DNA from: an uncultured Hormoscilla sp. | Lineage (GTDB): Bacteria > Cyanobacteriota > Cyanobacteriia > Cyanobacteriales > Desertifilaceae | Assembly: GCA_963921275.4 (NCBI GenBank) | Contig: OZ001293.3 | Span: 5,024,001 to 5,088,000, forward strand | Length of the DNA: 64,000 nucleotides | Reading direction: 5' to 3' | Made by a program: the position numbers and the translations under genes | The notes under the pieces: model-generated | Database searches by the model: none | What the model saw: the letters and a program-made list of their open reading frames with translations, nothing else | Told to the model about the DNA's origin: nothing | Shown: positions 23,023 through 34,800 of the stretch, piece after piece | How the letters are laid out: each line of letters starts with the position of its first letter | Position numbering within the stretch: the stretch's first letter is position 1

Positions 23023-23554
23023 TTTAGCCCGTTCGTAGTAAGCGCTAAAGCGCTTGCCGTCGGGAGAATCTCAATGCAAGACTTAATCAACCAGGTTTTG
23101 ATAAAAAACCTGATTTCTGGGCTACTTGCGGTGAGCGAAAAAGAAACCAGGTTTTGACAAAAACCTGATTTCTGGGCTACTTGCGGTGAGCGAAAAAGCA
23201 CTCTTGCCGTCTTACTGGGTTGATTGAAACTGGCTTAATAACCACGACTTCTCCTTGATTCATTCTGCGAGTCCGCTGCAATGCTTCCGAGATCGCTGAA
23301 ATAGCTAATCCTGGTAATAGCTGAGATTCAGGAATCCGCTGACTGCCTTTGGGTAGGGCTATGGGGTCGGGAGACACCGACATCTCTGTCCTACTGTCGC
23401 GATCGCGGCGTTGCATTTGGGTACCTTATCTCTCTTTTATCCAGATATACGATCGCCCAAATGCGAGAGCCTTTACAGCTTCGCTAAGGACTAAAGTCCT
23501 GACTACGAAGGGCGATGATGGTAAAGACTTAAGTCCTTACTACGAACGACGATA

Positions 23555-24503
23555 TTAGGACTGTTTAATCGGAATATCGATGACAAACTTCGTCCCTTGT
23601 CCTGGTGTAGAAAAGCATTCCATCTGACCGCAGTGCTTGTCCACAACGATTTGGTAGCTGATGGATAATCCCAAACCAGTACCCTTACCCACGGGTTTGG
23701 TGGTAAAGAAGGGGTCAAAGAGTCGCTGCTTGACGCTTTCAGGTATGCCAGGGCTATTGTCAGCAATCCGAATCTGGACCCGCGAGCCTGCTCGTGCTGT
23801 GTGAATCTGAATCTGGGGATTGCGGATATTTTCCCGAAAACAGGAGATATCGAAGCCATGCTGACAGTCTTCCAGGGCATCAATAGCATTAGCGAGGATG
23901 TTCATAAACACCTGATTTAGTTGTCCCGCATAACATTCAACTTGGGGTAAATTGCCATAGTTTTTGACAACCTCAATGCCGGGATGATTGGGCTGAGCTT
24001 TTAAGCGGTTATGAAGAATCATTAAGGTGCTATCTATGCCATCATGGAGATCGATGTTTTTCACCTCCGCTTCATCCAGACGAGAGAAAGTCCGCAGGGA
24101 TTTGACAATCTCGCGAATCCTTTCGGCACCCACTTTCATCGATTTCAGCAAATTGGGCAAGTCTTCTCTCACGAAATCCAACTCCATCTCCTCGATTTCG
24201 GCAGCGATATCTGGGTGAGGTTGGGGGTAGTGACGATCGTACAGCCCGATTATTTCTAACAGATTCTTGATATACTCTTCGGCGTGGGTAAGGTTGCCGT
24301 AAATAAAGTTAACAGGGTTGTTAATTTCGTGGGCAACCATCTGGCCGAGAGAAGACATTTTTTCAGCTTGAATTAGCTGTAACAGGGTGCGTTTTAAGTC
24401 CCCCAGAGTCTGTCTGAGCTGCTTATTTTTCTGTTTCAGCAGTTCTCCCGATCGCCGTCGGGCCTCTTCTGCCCGTTTCCGCTCGGTAATATCGCGTCCT
24501 TCT
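23555..24503 (-). pseudogene. Sensor histidine kinase C-terminal part, 5'-truncated at a repeat
   Basis: AHEINNP H-box, NAIDA and FFTTKPVGKGTGLGL. The upstream EGRDITERK (PAS end) abuts the repeat. Confidence 0.8.
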
Positions 24504-25040
24504 GCGCTGGAGGGCTAGCAATCTCACCGACGACGCCGATCGCGTAGCGTGGCGCAGCCATAGCGCTCTTTCTCTCATACGGGGCGGGGGGATTGCTTCG
24601 GGGGGGTTAACTCAATTTAGCATGAGTTAATCGCTCCGTACCCCCCTCGCAATGACAACCTATATCTTTAACCGAGAAGTATTGTAGCGGCTCCCCCCGA
24701 AGCAATCTCCAGGTGCTGAGCGTCCAGATTGCTTCGGGGGGGAATTACTCCTACTGAAAAAGGATCTCTCAATTATCCCCTCCCTCGCAATGATATGATT
24801 TACTGCCCCAAAAAACGCAGTTTCTGACCGTTCGCAGTATGTCAAAATACTGAGCTGAAAGCTAAAATTGATACTATCAAACCAAGTAACCGGTGTGAAA
24901 GGGTTAGGGAGGCTTGGGGAGGCGATCACCCACACGTAGGAGCAGAGGGCTGCCGGTGGTAGGCTCGGGAAATTACCTCACAAATCTTGGTAAAGTTCTC
25001 TCATAATAGTGGTGCTACCCAACAACCGAAAATAATTTCT

Positions 25041-26018
25041 ATGACTTTAATCCGCGTACCAAAATCCTGGGAAATTCCCGAACGGGAGGCAACGCCCCAA
25101 GAGGCTTTTTTCAACCGACGCCGGTTTATGAAATCCTTGCTTGGCGCTGGTTTGACTGGCAGTATCTTGCCCGTAGCAGGCTGTGGCCAGTCTCCGGTAT
25201 CATCGACGGAAAGCTCCTATGAGTCCTATCCTAATCTAGTGCGCAATCCGGCTTTTGCCAAGGTCGATCGACCGATTACCGCCGAGGAGTTGGCAGCGAA
25301 GTACAACAACTTCTATGAATTCGGCAGCGGGAAATCGATTTGGAAGGCCGCACAGGCATTGCCAACGGCAGACTGGAAAGTGGAAGTCGGGGGTTTGGTG
25401 AACAAGCCCCGAGTGTATGATTTGGATGATATCCATAAAAGGTTTCCCATAGAGGAACGGGTTTATCGCTTCCGCTGCGTGGAAGCTTGGGCCATGGTGG
25501 TACCCTGGGTAGGATTTCCCATGAGGTTGCTAGTAGAAGATGTAGAACCGACCTCTAAGGCGAAGTTCGTGCGTTTTACCTCCTGGTACGACGCCAAGAT
25601 TAGCTTAGGAGGATATGGGTTACCTTTTGCCAGATATCCCTGGCCCTACAAGGAAAGTCTGCGCCTGGATGAAATGATGAATGAGTTGGCGTTTTTTGCT
25701 ACGGGTATCTATGGTCACACCCTGCCGAAGCAGCATGGTGCGCCAATTCGAGAGGTGGTTCCCTGGAAGTATGGGTTCAAGGGCGCTAAGTCGATCGTGA
25801 AGATTGAGTTTTTGGAGTCACAACCAGCAACTTTCTGGAATACCCTAGTGCCAAATGAGTATGATTTCGAGGCGAATGTGAATCCGAAGAAACCTCATCC
25901 GAGATGGTCCCAGGCGACGGAACGGCTTATTACTTCTGGTTCGCCTTTTTCCTGGCCCAGACGCCCGACTTTGCCTTATAACGGCTATGGCGAGTATGTG
26001 GCGCAGCTTTACATTTAA
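25041..26018 (+). CDS. msrP: Protein-methionine-sulfoxide reductase catalytic subunit
   Basis: Tat motif NRRRFMK; YNNFYEF, FRCVEAW and PWKYGFKGAKSI motifs. Confidence 0.92.
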   Translation: MTLIRVPKSWEIPEREATPQEAFFNRRRFMKSLLGAGLTGSILPVAGCGQSPVSSTESSYESYPNLVRNPAFAKVDRPITAEELAAKYNNFYEFGSGKSIWKAAQALPTADWKVEVGGLVNKPRVYDLDDIHKRFPIEERVYRFRCVEAWAMVVPWVGFPMRLLVEDVEPTSKAKFVRFTSWYDAKISLGGYGLPFARYPWPYKESLRLDEMMNELAFFATGIYGHTLPKQHGAPIREVVPWKYGFKGAKSIVKIEFLESQPATFWNTLVPNEYDFEANVNPKKPHPRWSQATERLITSGSPFSWPRRPTLPYNGYGEYVAQLYI

Positions 26019-26197
26019 GCAGCTACCACCGCCGCCCTCACCCTAAGGGGCTACACGAACAAAGCCCGCCTGCGCGGGCTAGATTACTTGCATCGAGATG
26101 TTCCCCTAGGATTCGTTTTTCAGAGTATATCCCTGAACTTCGATATCAGGTCGCAATTTCACTTCAATTCGAGTTCTAGTCTGCTCAATATCAGGTG

Positions 26198-26479
26198 CTA
26201 CGACAAAGCAAATTGTCCTCGATCGAAATCGATGATTTCAATAGCATCAACTAACTCAAAGCTGAGAGTTACTAGGGATAAACCAGAAACTTTTAGGTCA
26301 ATCTGAACGGACTCCTGAATTACATCCATGCAAAAACGGATGACCCTACCGGCATCATCTGTAGCTTCGTAACACCAATAACCATATTCATGATTGGCAA
26401 TTTTGGGTTCGGACCAAAACAGTTCTAGTAAAGTCAGTTCGTCAATTTTTTCGCGTAGTTTCATTTGCATTATGCTCAA
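26198..26479 (-). CDS. Hypothetical protein, possibly truncated
   Basis: 93-aa ORF with no recognised motif. Confidence 0.35.
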   Translation of the reverse strand: MSIMQMKLREKIDELTLLELFWSEPKIANHEYGYWCYEATDDAGRVIRFCMDVIQESVQIDLKVSGLSLVTLSFELVDAIEIIDFDRGQFALS

Positions 26480-26875
26480 TTAAGTTAACCCCCCCGTAGC
26501 GCTGCGCGCACTTCGTAAAAGCGCAGCGGCCCGACGCTAGGAGGGCTAGCAATCTCACCGACGAAGCAGGAGCGCTCTTGATCTAATACGGGGCGGGGGG
26601 ATGGTGGGCGGTGCCCTACATCTATTTGCTCTTTCCTCGATATGCGATCGCCATGCTCGTGGGCGGTGCCTACATCTAATTGCACTTTTCCCGAGATCCG
26701 ATCGCGATGCAGTCTCGCCCCATTACATTATCAAAGAATGCGACAAAATTCCGATCGTATTTGCTCTCCCTCCCCAGATTACCCTGGAATAACAGGTAAA
26801 TTATTATACTTTTACACCCAATTGCCTCAAAATAAAGTCAAATCAAAATAGCGCTCAATCTAGGAGAGATAATTA

Positions 26876-27085
26876 TGAGTAAGGAATCTGCGATCGCCAG
26901 ACTACTGGGAACCAGATGTCAGTAATTTCATCACGGAGGATGATACTCCTGTAGATTTAGCCTCGGGGAAACAAGAAAGATTATTGGTAAGCTCAATTTA
27001 CAGTTCTCCACCAAGGCAGACTTTTGTCGCTGCAGCAAATGTAGGTATATTTCATACAGCATCCCAACCAGCGATCGTGCCAATT
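26876..27085 (+). pseudogene. Uma2-like N-terminal fragment
   Basis: Broken frames read PDVSNFITEDDTPVD...ERLLVSSIYSS...AANVGIF...AIVP. Confidence 0.5.
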
Positions 27086-27157
27086 GCATTTCAGCCCTCT
27101 GACAGCTAGGAGTCCTCGCAAAACCTTGAGGTATTGACGCGGTTTCTGGCTCCTGGC

Positions 27158-27560
27158 GCGATCGCCCCTCCGACCGGAAGACCAAGAAACCGGGTTAGAG
27201 CGATAATTTGGGCTCCTGACGCCAGATTTGGTAAAAGAAACAAAGGTGATGGCTTCTGGCGCGATCGCCTCTCTGACCCGAAGACCAAGAAACCGGGTTT
27301 CACCTGATAATTTGGGCTCCTGGCGACAGATTTGATAAAAGAAACAAAGGTGATGGCAAGACCGTGATCGCCTCTCCGACCCGAAGACCAAGAAACCGGG
27401 TTTTACCCGATAATTTTGGCTCGGCAGATTTGATAAAAGAAACAAAGGTGATGGCAAGACCGCGATCGCCCCTCCGACCCGAAGACCAAGAAACTGGGTT
27501 AGAGCGATAATTTTGGATCCTGGCGACAGATTTGATAAAAGAAACAAAGGTGATGGCAAG
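27158..27560. repeat. Four ~100-bp tandem units, each starting at a HIP1 or HIP1-like site
   Basis: Units begin at 27158, 27261, 27364 and 27462. Confidence 0.85.
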
Positions 27561-27771
27561 GTAACAGCAGGACTTAGGAAACAAATTAGTTATTCGACTA
27601 AAGCATGTTTCTACTTGTTTTCTAGTTACGTTATGTACATATTGAACCCGCGTTCTTTTACGCAAAGGTTTGAACATTATATTCATTGATTCTTTTAGTA
27701 AATCTTCTAATTGATAATTGTTATAAATTTTGTCTCCATAAACTTTTGATGGCAAATCAAAGCAATTGGAG

Positions 27772-30161
27772 ATTAAACTAAGCCAGTCCGTCACCGGACC
27801 GACTCGTCTTCAGAACCGGACGTGAGACTTTCACCTCATCCGACTCCTCGGCAACATCACCCTTGTCATGGGTACGGCTGTTTTTGCTGCCACCGTTGAC
27901 AGTCTTTGAGTCGTGGCAATGCTTGTGCAGTAATTGTAGGTTGTCATACCGGTCCTTACCTCCTAATGAAAGGGGCTTGATCTGGTCAACTTCCCATTTG
28001 TCACTGTCCTTGAATGTTAGTCCGCAGTGTTGGCATTTTCCTTTTTGCTTCTTAAGTAGCGTTGCTACCCTCTTACTCAATTCGGGGTTTTTGCCTAACC
28101 TTGTACTCCAATATGTAAGGTTCCCGTCATATGGGCTTGCTATTCCTTTCACTTTTACGTGTCTGACTATCTCAGTTTCGGAGTGTTTGCGCAGCGTTAT
28201 CTCTCCCTCTCCTGTCTTACATCGGAATCGCCATTTACCATCCTGGTCTACGGACCAGTACTTACGGGCTATCCAGTGACTTGACTTATTAGGGTGCCTC
28301 CTTTTGGCCCATTGCCATAGGATGTTCCATAGGTATTTATCCATATCGTTGTAAGTTTCCTTACTTACCACTGTCCTGTAATAGTTTGACCATCCCCGTA
28401 TTATTGGGTTTAGCCTACTTATCAAGGCCTCTTGCGGTATTGTTTTATGGCTAGTTACCACTTCTGATAACCGTTCTTTATGTTTCCCTATGGACTTTTT
28501 ACTGGGTTTGATTAGGGTTTTGTAGCCTAGGGGTGTTCCCTGAGTTGATTTGCCGGTTCTGTGTTTTCCCACCTGATGTTGCCTTACGTTGAATCCTAGG
28601 AAATCAAACCCCGGGTTTTCTTCGATTAGTGTGTGGGCTATCTTTGTCTTTTCGGCTTTCAGCTCTAACCCCATTCCTTTTAGCCACTCTGCTACCACTG
28701 TCTGCGCTCTGTCTATCATCTCCCTATCCTCGTGCATTATCACAAAGTCGTCTGCATATCTAACTACTGTTAGCTTCTGCTTTTCCCTTTGTGTCATAGC
28801 GAGTTTCTTTACTGCCTCCTCTAACCCGTGGAGGGCTATGTTGGCTAGCAGTGGGGATATGACACCCCCTTGGGGCGTTCCCGCCTCGGTTGCGTGCCAC
28901 TCCCCTTTGTCCATCACACCGGCTTTTAACCATGCCCGTATTTGTCTAGGAATGGGTGATGTTGTATTCAGTTTTTCCAGTAGCGCCCTGTGGTCTATCT
29001 TGTCAAAACATTTTGCAATATCAGCATCCAATACCCACTTTGATTTTTGTTTGATGCTTCCGAATATTGCCTGTATTGCATCGTGACATCCCCTACCCGG
29101 TCTGAAACCATAGGAGTTTCCTTCCATATGCGCCTCCCATTCGGGTTCAAGCGCAATTTTGAGGAGTCCTTGTGTCGCCCGGTCGTACATCGTTGGTATT
29201 CCTAGTGGACGCTTTTCGTCTCTCCCTGGTTTTGGTATCCATACACGACGTGTAGGTTTGGCCTTGTTTGAGATTTCAATTTGTCCTACCAGTTCTAAGC
29301 GTTGCTTTGGGGTCAGTGCTTTTACACCGTCCACTCCCGCTGTCTTCTTTCCCTGGTTGTCTTGAGTTACCTGTCGTACCGCTAGACTTTTGGCAGCCCG
29401 GGATTTTACCAGTAACCTTTGGAGTCTGCGAACCGTTCGCTTATTGCCTTCCATTGCCGCTCTGTAAATTCGTTTTTGCAACTTAAAGACTACCCGATCC
29501 AACTTTCGCCAGGGGGTATCCTTCCATTCATTCATCGATTCGGAGATCGTGCTCATGACGTATGCATTGCTACTTACAACTTCACAATTGACGTTACCGT
29601 GAGGGCGTCAGCATATCCCGTCCATTACAGAAGGGCGTTAGCTTCTCCACGAAATCTCTCCCAGATACAACCTGCCAAATAAAAGCAGATGTTGCGCCTG
29701 TGGTGGCTACTCAACCTATCGACCTGTGGTTGAGAGTATGTACCTGGTTTACTTCGTTCCTCTAGATGATTGGTCGTAGTTTTAGGTGGACTTTCTATGC
29801 CGGGTTTATTGTCAGTGCTTATTGGTCGGAAAAACAACCGCCAATGACCTGTATCCTTTCCCTTTTGGGCCAGCGCATCAGCCTTTTCGCTGGTTCAATG
29901 TAACGACACTTATATGAGTCTTTGCTTTCGCTCACCATGACTACTTGCTTGGCGGTAACTGGTTCAGGCTACCAGTTATTGCGCCTTTCTTACCCGCTTT
30001 ACGGATTGATGCCATCGCTACCGTCGGGTAAGTGCTGTCACTCCTGCACCTGGAGGGGTGGACTTTCACCACCATCATCTAGAAGTTGTCAGGGCTGATG
30101 GAACCCTGCCAGTGGTCCCCCATCGACTTATCGCCGGTGGTTTACACTAAACGAATCGCAC
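27772..30161 (-). mobile_element. Full-length group II intron (IIB/CL-like), 2390 nt
   Basis: GTGCGATTCG at 30161 and TTAGTTTAAT at 27772. The exons rejoin as NDAKI|LQ of the IS982 transposase. Confidence 0.95.
27778..29556 (-). CDS. ltrA: Group II intron reverse transcriptase/maturase with C-terminal HNH domain
   Basis: 592 aa with RPLGIP, GTPQGG, YADD, X domain (LNPIIRGWSNYY) and CQHC...DNLQLLHKHCH. Confidence 0.95.
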   Translation of the reverse strand: MSTISESMNEWKDTPWRKLDRVVFKLQKRIYRAAMEGNKRTVRRLQRLLVKSRAAKSLAVRQVTQDNQGKKTAGVDGVKALTPKQRLELVGQIEISNKAKPTRRVWIPKPGRDEKRPLGIPTMYDRATQGLLKIALEPEWEAHMEGNSYGFRPGRGCHDAIQAIFGSIKQKSKWVLDADIAKCFDKIDHRALLEKLNTTSPIPRQIRAWLKAGVMDKGEWHATEAGTPQGGVISPLLANIALHGLEEAVKKLAMTQREKQKLTVVRYADDFVIMHEDREMIDRAQTVVAEWLKGMGLELKAEKTKIAHTLIEENPGFDFLGFNVRQHQVGKHRTGKSTQGTPLGYKTLIKPSKKSIGKHKERLSEVVTSHKTIPQEALISRLNPIIRGWSNYYRTVVSKETYNDMDKYLWNILWQWAKRRHPNKSSHWIARKYWSVDQDGKWRFRCKTGEGEITLRKHSETEIVRHVKVKGIASPYDGNLTYWSTRLGKNPELSKRVATLLKKQKGKCQHCGLTFKDSDKWEVDQIKPLSLGGKDRYDNLQLLHKHCHDSKTVNGGSKNSRTHDKGDVAEESDEVKVSRPVLKTSRSGDGLA

Positions 30162-30800
30162 AATTTTCGCATCATTACAACTACCAGGAGCAAAATAAAA
30201 TTGGTTTACCAGTTTTGTTGACTAACATATGAACTCTCAATAAAAATAACGTTTTTTGCTGGCGATATATCCTCTATATTCTTCTTCTGTATAAATTTTA
30301 CATCGCTCGTGTTGTCACATCCTGGCACAGGGAAACTATCGATAATATATTCTTGACCCGGATTTAGCGAATGATTGAGCCATTGCTTGAAATAAACTCC
30401 CATACAATTGTTTCATCAATCTTATGTTTTCGACGATTAAACCTACTTTTACTTAACAGATTTTTGATCTAGTTATGTTCTGCCATAAATTGACGAGCTC
30501 TATCGCCCTCCCAAAAAATAAGCAGCAACTAATCCTACTGTCATCACCTCCGCACTATTCATTTTTACTTGTGGATCTTCTTTGATATTGAGTGCTTTTA
30601 GCAGTTCATCGCCAAGAACAAAAATTGTTATAATCATATTTTCCATAATCTACCGCAATCAACTGTTATTTTAGTACATTATAACCTATAAACAGGGATG
30701 GCTACTGATAGCATAAAAATAATATATTTCTGTATCCTACCAAAAATATCGGAAATCTCTAAGTGGGTAATCCATTTTTTTTAATAGGTAGCAACTTGAG

Positions 30801-31736
30801 TTATATATAAAAGGTTGTTCTGAACTCCTGCACCCTCTGCCACACTATTTCTAATAAATTAGGACTATCCGCATCAAACCATTCAATCTGCGGATCAGCC
30901 CGAAACCAGGTCCGCTGTCGCTTGGCAAATTGCCGCGTGTGCAACGCCGTTAATTCTTTCGCTTCGAGCAACTCAATATCTCCGGCCAGATATTGTTTGA
31001 TTTCCTGATAACCTAGGGTATCTAACAGGGGCAAATCAGCTCCATATTTCTGACAGAGATATTCTACTTCCTCGACAAACCCAGCCCCTAGCATTTGTTC
31101 TGTCCGCTGGGCAATTCTCTGTGTCAGTCTGTCAGCATCTGCACATTCTAAACCAATTTGCAGAATGGGATAGTTGGGCGGATCGGTCCCTTGCTGTTGG
31201 GAAATGGGAATTCCAGTGACATAAAATACTTCTAATGCTCGTAATGTACGCACAGCATCATTGGCGTGAATCTTCCTGGCTGCCCCTGGATCTACTTGTT
31301 GCAGCATCCCGTAACATTGACTTTGCGATAGTTCGGACAACTGCGCTCGCAACTCTGTCTGGGGTGCGACTCGGGGAATCTTCATTCCTTGCACTACGGA
31401 ACGGATGTATAATCCAGTACCTCCCACCAAGAGGGGAATGCACCCTCCTGGTTGGAAAGATGCGATCGCCCCTTGGGCCTGCTGCTGGTAATCTGCTAAA
31501 GTCAGAGTTTCCCTCGGATCGCAGATATCAATCAGGTAATGGGGCACCAGCAGGCGATCGGCCCTTGTGGGCTTGGCCGTACCAATGTTAAACTCTCGGT
31601 ACACCTGTCGGGAGTCAGCACTCAGAATTATTGTCTCCAGTCGCTGGGCCAAAGTCAAAGCCAGCCCCGACTTACCGGTAGCCGTGGCCCCACAGATTGT
31701 AATCAAACCGTAACCGCCTCCATATGGTGGGTGCAT
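30801..31736 (-). CDS. miaA: tRNA dimethylallyltransferase
   Basis: GATATGKS, DSRQVY, GGTGLY and TRQFAKRQRTWF motifs. Confidence 0.95.
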   Translation of the reverse strand: MHPPYGGGYGLITICGATATGKSGLALTLAQRLETIILSADSRQVYREFNIGTAKPTRADRLLVPHYLIDICDPRETLTLADYQQQAQGAIASFQPGGCIPLLVGGTGLYIRSVVQGMKIPRVAPQTELRAQLSELSQSQCYGMLQQVDPGAARKIHANDAVRTLRALEVFYVTGIPISQQQGTDPPNYPILQIGLECADADRLTQRIAQRTEQMLGAGFVEEVEYLCQKYGADLPLLDTLGYQEIKQYLAGDIELLEAKELTALHTRQFAKRQRTWFRADPQIEWFDADSPNLLEIVWQRVQEFRTTFYI

Positions 31737-31863
31737 CCCCTAAATAAATTTGCCCCGATCCTGCCCTGAGATTGTCTCAGACCCTTTGATGTTATAATTT
31801 CTGAGAGATTTTTCCAGCAAATGTAGAAAGGCGGCTAAAAGCCCGAAATTGGAGAAGACATAC

Positions 31864-34800
31864 ATGACCACCAGCTACAGCGCCGAGCAAATTCAAGTGC
31901 TCGAAGGTTTAGAACCGGTCAGAAAAAGACCGGGGATGTACATCGGCACTACTGGCCCCAGAGGACTCCATCATCTAGTATACGAGGTAGTTGACAACTC
32001 GATCGATGAAGCCCTAGCTGGCCACTGCTCCCATATCGAAGTAGATATCAATGCCGAGGGTTCTGTTACCGTCACAGATGATGGCCGGGGTATCCCCACA
32101 GACATTCATCCCCGTACTGGCAAGTCGGCATTGGAAACGGTGATGACCGTACTCCACGCTGGCGGTAAGTTTGGTGGCGGTGGCTACAAGGTTTCCGGAG
32201 GATTGCACGGTGTCGGGGTCTCGGTGGTGAATGCCCTGTCTGAATGGTTGGAAGCTACCGTTTGGCGATCGGGGCAGATCCATACCCAACGCTTTGAACG
32301 GGGCATCCCCATCAAGGAACTTACTTCCCAACCCGATACAGAAACCCGCACTGGCACTTCCATCTCCTTCATGCCCGATATCCAAATCTTTACTACGGGC
32401 ATCGAGTTCGATTACGATACCTTGGCCAGGCGCTTGCGGGAGTTGGCCTACTTGAACGCTGGGGTCAAAATTACCTTTAGCGATCGCCGACTGGAAGAAC
32501 CACGGATCGAAAGCTATCAATACAATGGGGGCATTCAAGAATATGTTGCCTACATGAATCGGGAAAAGCAAGCCTTGCATGAGGAAATTATCTATATGCA
32601 GGGAGAAAAAAATGATGTCCAGGTAGAAGTGGCTTTGCAGTGGTGCGTCGATGCCTATACGGACAATTTGCTGGGGTTTGCCAATAATATCCGCACTATT
32701 GATGGCGGTACTCACCTGGAGGGGTTGAAGACTGTCCTGACTCGGACCATGAATTCGATCGCCCGCAAGCGCAATAAGCTGAAAGAAAATGAATCCAACC
32801 TGAGTGGGGAGAATATCCGCGAAGGTTTAACAGGGGTAATTTCTGTCAAGGTGCCCGATCCGGAATTTGAAGGACAGACGAAAACCAAGCTGGGGAATAC
32901 AGAAGTGCGGGGCATTGTTGATTCCCTCGTGGGAGAACGTCTCACTGAGTATCTGGAATTTAGCCCCGCTGTCGCCCATGGGATCTTAGAGAAGGCAATT
33001 CAAGCTTTTAATGCGGCAGAAGCGGCACGACGGGCCCGGGAATTAGTCCGCCGTAAATCAGTCTTAGAATCCTCTACTTTACCAGGTAAATTGGCTGATT
33101 GCAGCGAACGAAACCCCGCAGAAACAGAGATATTTCTGGTCGAAGGCGATAGCGCTGGCGGTTGTTTTTTTGGAGATACACTTGTAGCCTTGGCAGATGG
33201 GCGCTCTCTCAGCTTCAAAGACATTATTGCCGAACAAGCCCAAGGAAAAGAACATTTTTGCTATACCGTTCGCCCTAGCGGAAAAATCGCGATCGAACGC
33301 ATCATTAACCCCCGGATGACTAAGGCAAATGCTGAAGTCGTCCAAGTGACATTAGATAATGGGGAAACTCTAATATGCACTCCCGATCACCCGTTCATGT
33401 TGCGGGATAGCAGCTATAAACCAGCGGCATTGCTGACACCAGCAGATTCCCTCATGCCACTCTATCGCCAGCTCTCCCGCAAGCATGAAAACTGTTCGGG
33501 AATAGATGGCTACGAAATGGTTTGGAATACCCATCAGAATCAGTGGATTTATACACATCTGTTGGCGGATTTTTATAACCTCCGCAATAATGTATATCTG
33601 TCATCAGATGGCAATCATAGCCATCATGTCGATTTCAATAAACTCAACAACAACCCGACAAATATAAAACGGCTGCCTGCGGAGGAACACTTGGCCTTAC
33701 ATCGCGCTAACCTTGAATTCACCCTGCATCGTCCGGACGTGATAGAAAAAAGCCGCCAAGTTCACAGGAGTGAAGAGTTTCGTGCGATGATGAGCGAACG
33801 GATGCAGCAACCAGAAACGCGGAAAATTCTCTCGGAACAGGCTAAGGCCCAGTGGGAAGATGAAGCCTACAAAGCTTATATGCAAGGCAAGTGGCGCGAG
33901 TTTTATGAAGGCAATGAAACTTATCGGCAGGATTTGCACGATCGATTGTACCAAGCGCAGTTAGAGTATTGGAGTGATGAAGCAAACCGTATAACTCAAG
34001 CCGAACGGGTTCGCAACTACTATGCAAATAATCCCGAAGCACGGTCCGAACTTTCATCAATTGCCCAACAGCAATGGCAAGATGAAGAATTGTTGGAGTG
34101 GTGCTCTCAAAAGACACGGGAACAATGGACGCCAGAATTTCGGACCAAGCGTCGTGTTGCACTCAATGAAACATATTACCGCAAAACTATCGAGGCATTA
34201 AAAAAAGTTCACCGCCAGGAAGGTTATATGGATCTGGAACTGTACGCTCGTTACCGTCGCCAAACCCGAGACAAGTCTCTGTTGAAATTCCAGACGTTCT
34301 GCGATCGCTATTTTGCAGGGGATGACGTGCTAGCGCGTCAAGCAATTCGCAATTACAACCATCGCATTGTGTCCGTCGAACGGGTGGAAGAACGGGTGGA
34401 TGTTTACGACATCGAAGTTCCCCATACTCATAACTTCGCGCTAGCAAGTGGAGTGTTTGTCCATAATAGTGCTAAGCAAGGACGAGACAGGCGTTTTCAG
34501 GCCATTCTGCCTCTGCGGGGGAAAATTCTCAATATTGAGAAGACTGATGACGCGAAAATCTACAAGAACAATGAAATTCAGTCCTTGATTACAGCCCTAG
34601 GTTTGGGGATTAAGGGTGAGGAATTTGACCCGAATAATCTGCGCTATCATCGGATCGTGATCATGACGGACGCTGATGTAGATGGCGCGCACATCCGCAC
34701 CCTGTTGTTGACCTTTTTCTATCGCTATCAGCGGAATCTTGTCGATCGCGGCTATGTCTATATTGCCTGTCCTCCTCTCTATAAGGTGGAACGGGGACGC

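Larger units (their letters stand above)
27570..30801 (-). mobile_element. Degenerate IS982-family element interrupted by a group II intron
   Basis: Similar to the intact IS982 at 41901-42912; one TIR ends at 30801. Confidence 0.8.

Noticed and set aside
27778..29556. Retron, DGR or defence RT
   Set aside because: The ORF lies inside complete group II intron boundaries and has X and En domains. No TR/VR pair or msr-msd was seen.
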